Shown here: positions 25,674 through 25,706 of the stretch, piece by piece
How the letters are laid out: every line of letters begins with the position of its first letter
How positions within the stretch are numbered: the stretch's first letter is position 1
Source of the DNA: a virus
Taxonomy: Duplodnaviria > Caudoviricetes
Direction: 5' to 3' (one strand)
Length of the DNA stretch: 25,706 bases
Virus record (IMG/VR): IMGVR_UViG_3300020045_003397
Coordinates: 1-25,706 of that record
The notes under the pieces: generated by a model
The model's database searches: none
Seen by the model: only the letters and a program-made list of their open reading frames with translations
What the model was told of the DNA's origin: nothing
Translations under genes and position numbers: made by a program

Positions 25674-25706
25674 GATCGTTATTCTAAAACAAATCTTTCT
25701 TCGCAG

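Noticed and set aside
1-25706. Integrase, transposase or reverse transcriptase serving the cassette array
   Set aside because: No ORF shows tyrosine or serine recombinase, HUH, DDE or RT motifs by eye. The enzyme is outside the window, host-encoded or unrecognised.

Overview
The window is a 25.7 kb segment of a tailed (siphovirus-like) phage or prophage. The host is probably Bacteroidota, judged from TAnnTTTG promoters, AT-rich leaders without Shine-Dalgarno sites and a Fib_succ_major-like domain. Gene order: tail module (chaperone, tape measure, large tail protein, SGNH protein; 1-8.6 kb), lysis module (9.3-11.1 kb), terminator, early promoters, recombination genes (annealing protein and exonuclease), an accessory region, then SSB, endonucleases, a tRNA-like element, a primase-associated helicase, an iteron-rich origin candidate and a VRR-NUC nuclease. 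The last 1 kb is a minus-strand segment bounded by perfect 25-bp inverted repeats. The main discovery is at 15555-19178: a tandem array of six gene-cassette-like units, five of them 603-627 bp. Each unit has two abutting inverted-repeat stems hinged on TAAC/GTTA cores resembling integron attC R boxes, and carries one cargo locus inside a stem loop. Each stem has a G-T wobble at an invariant position, and three scaffold families are each reused with unrelated cargo. No recombinase is visible in the window. All product calls come from motif recognition by eye; no database searches were run.
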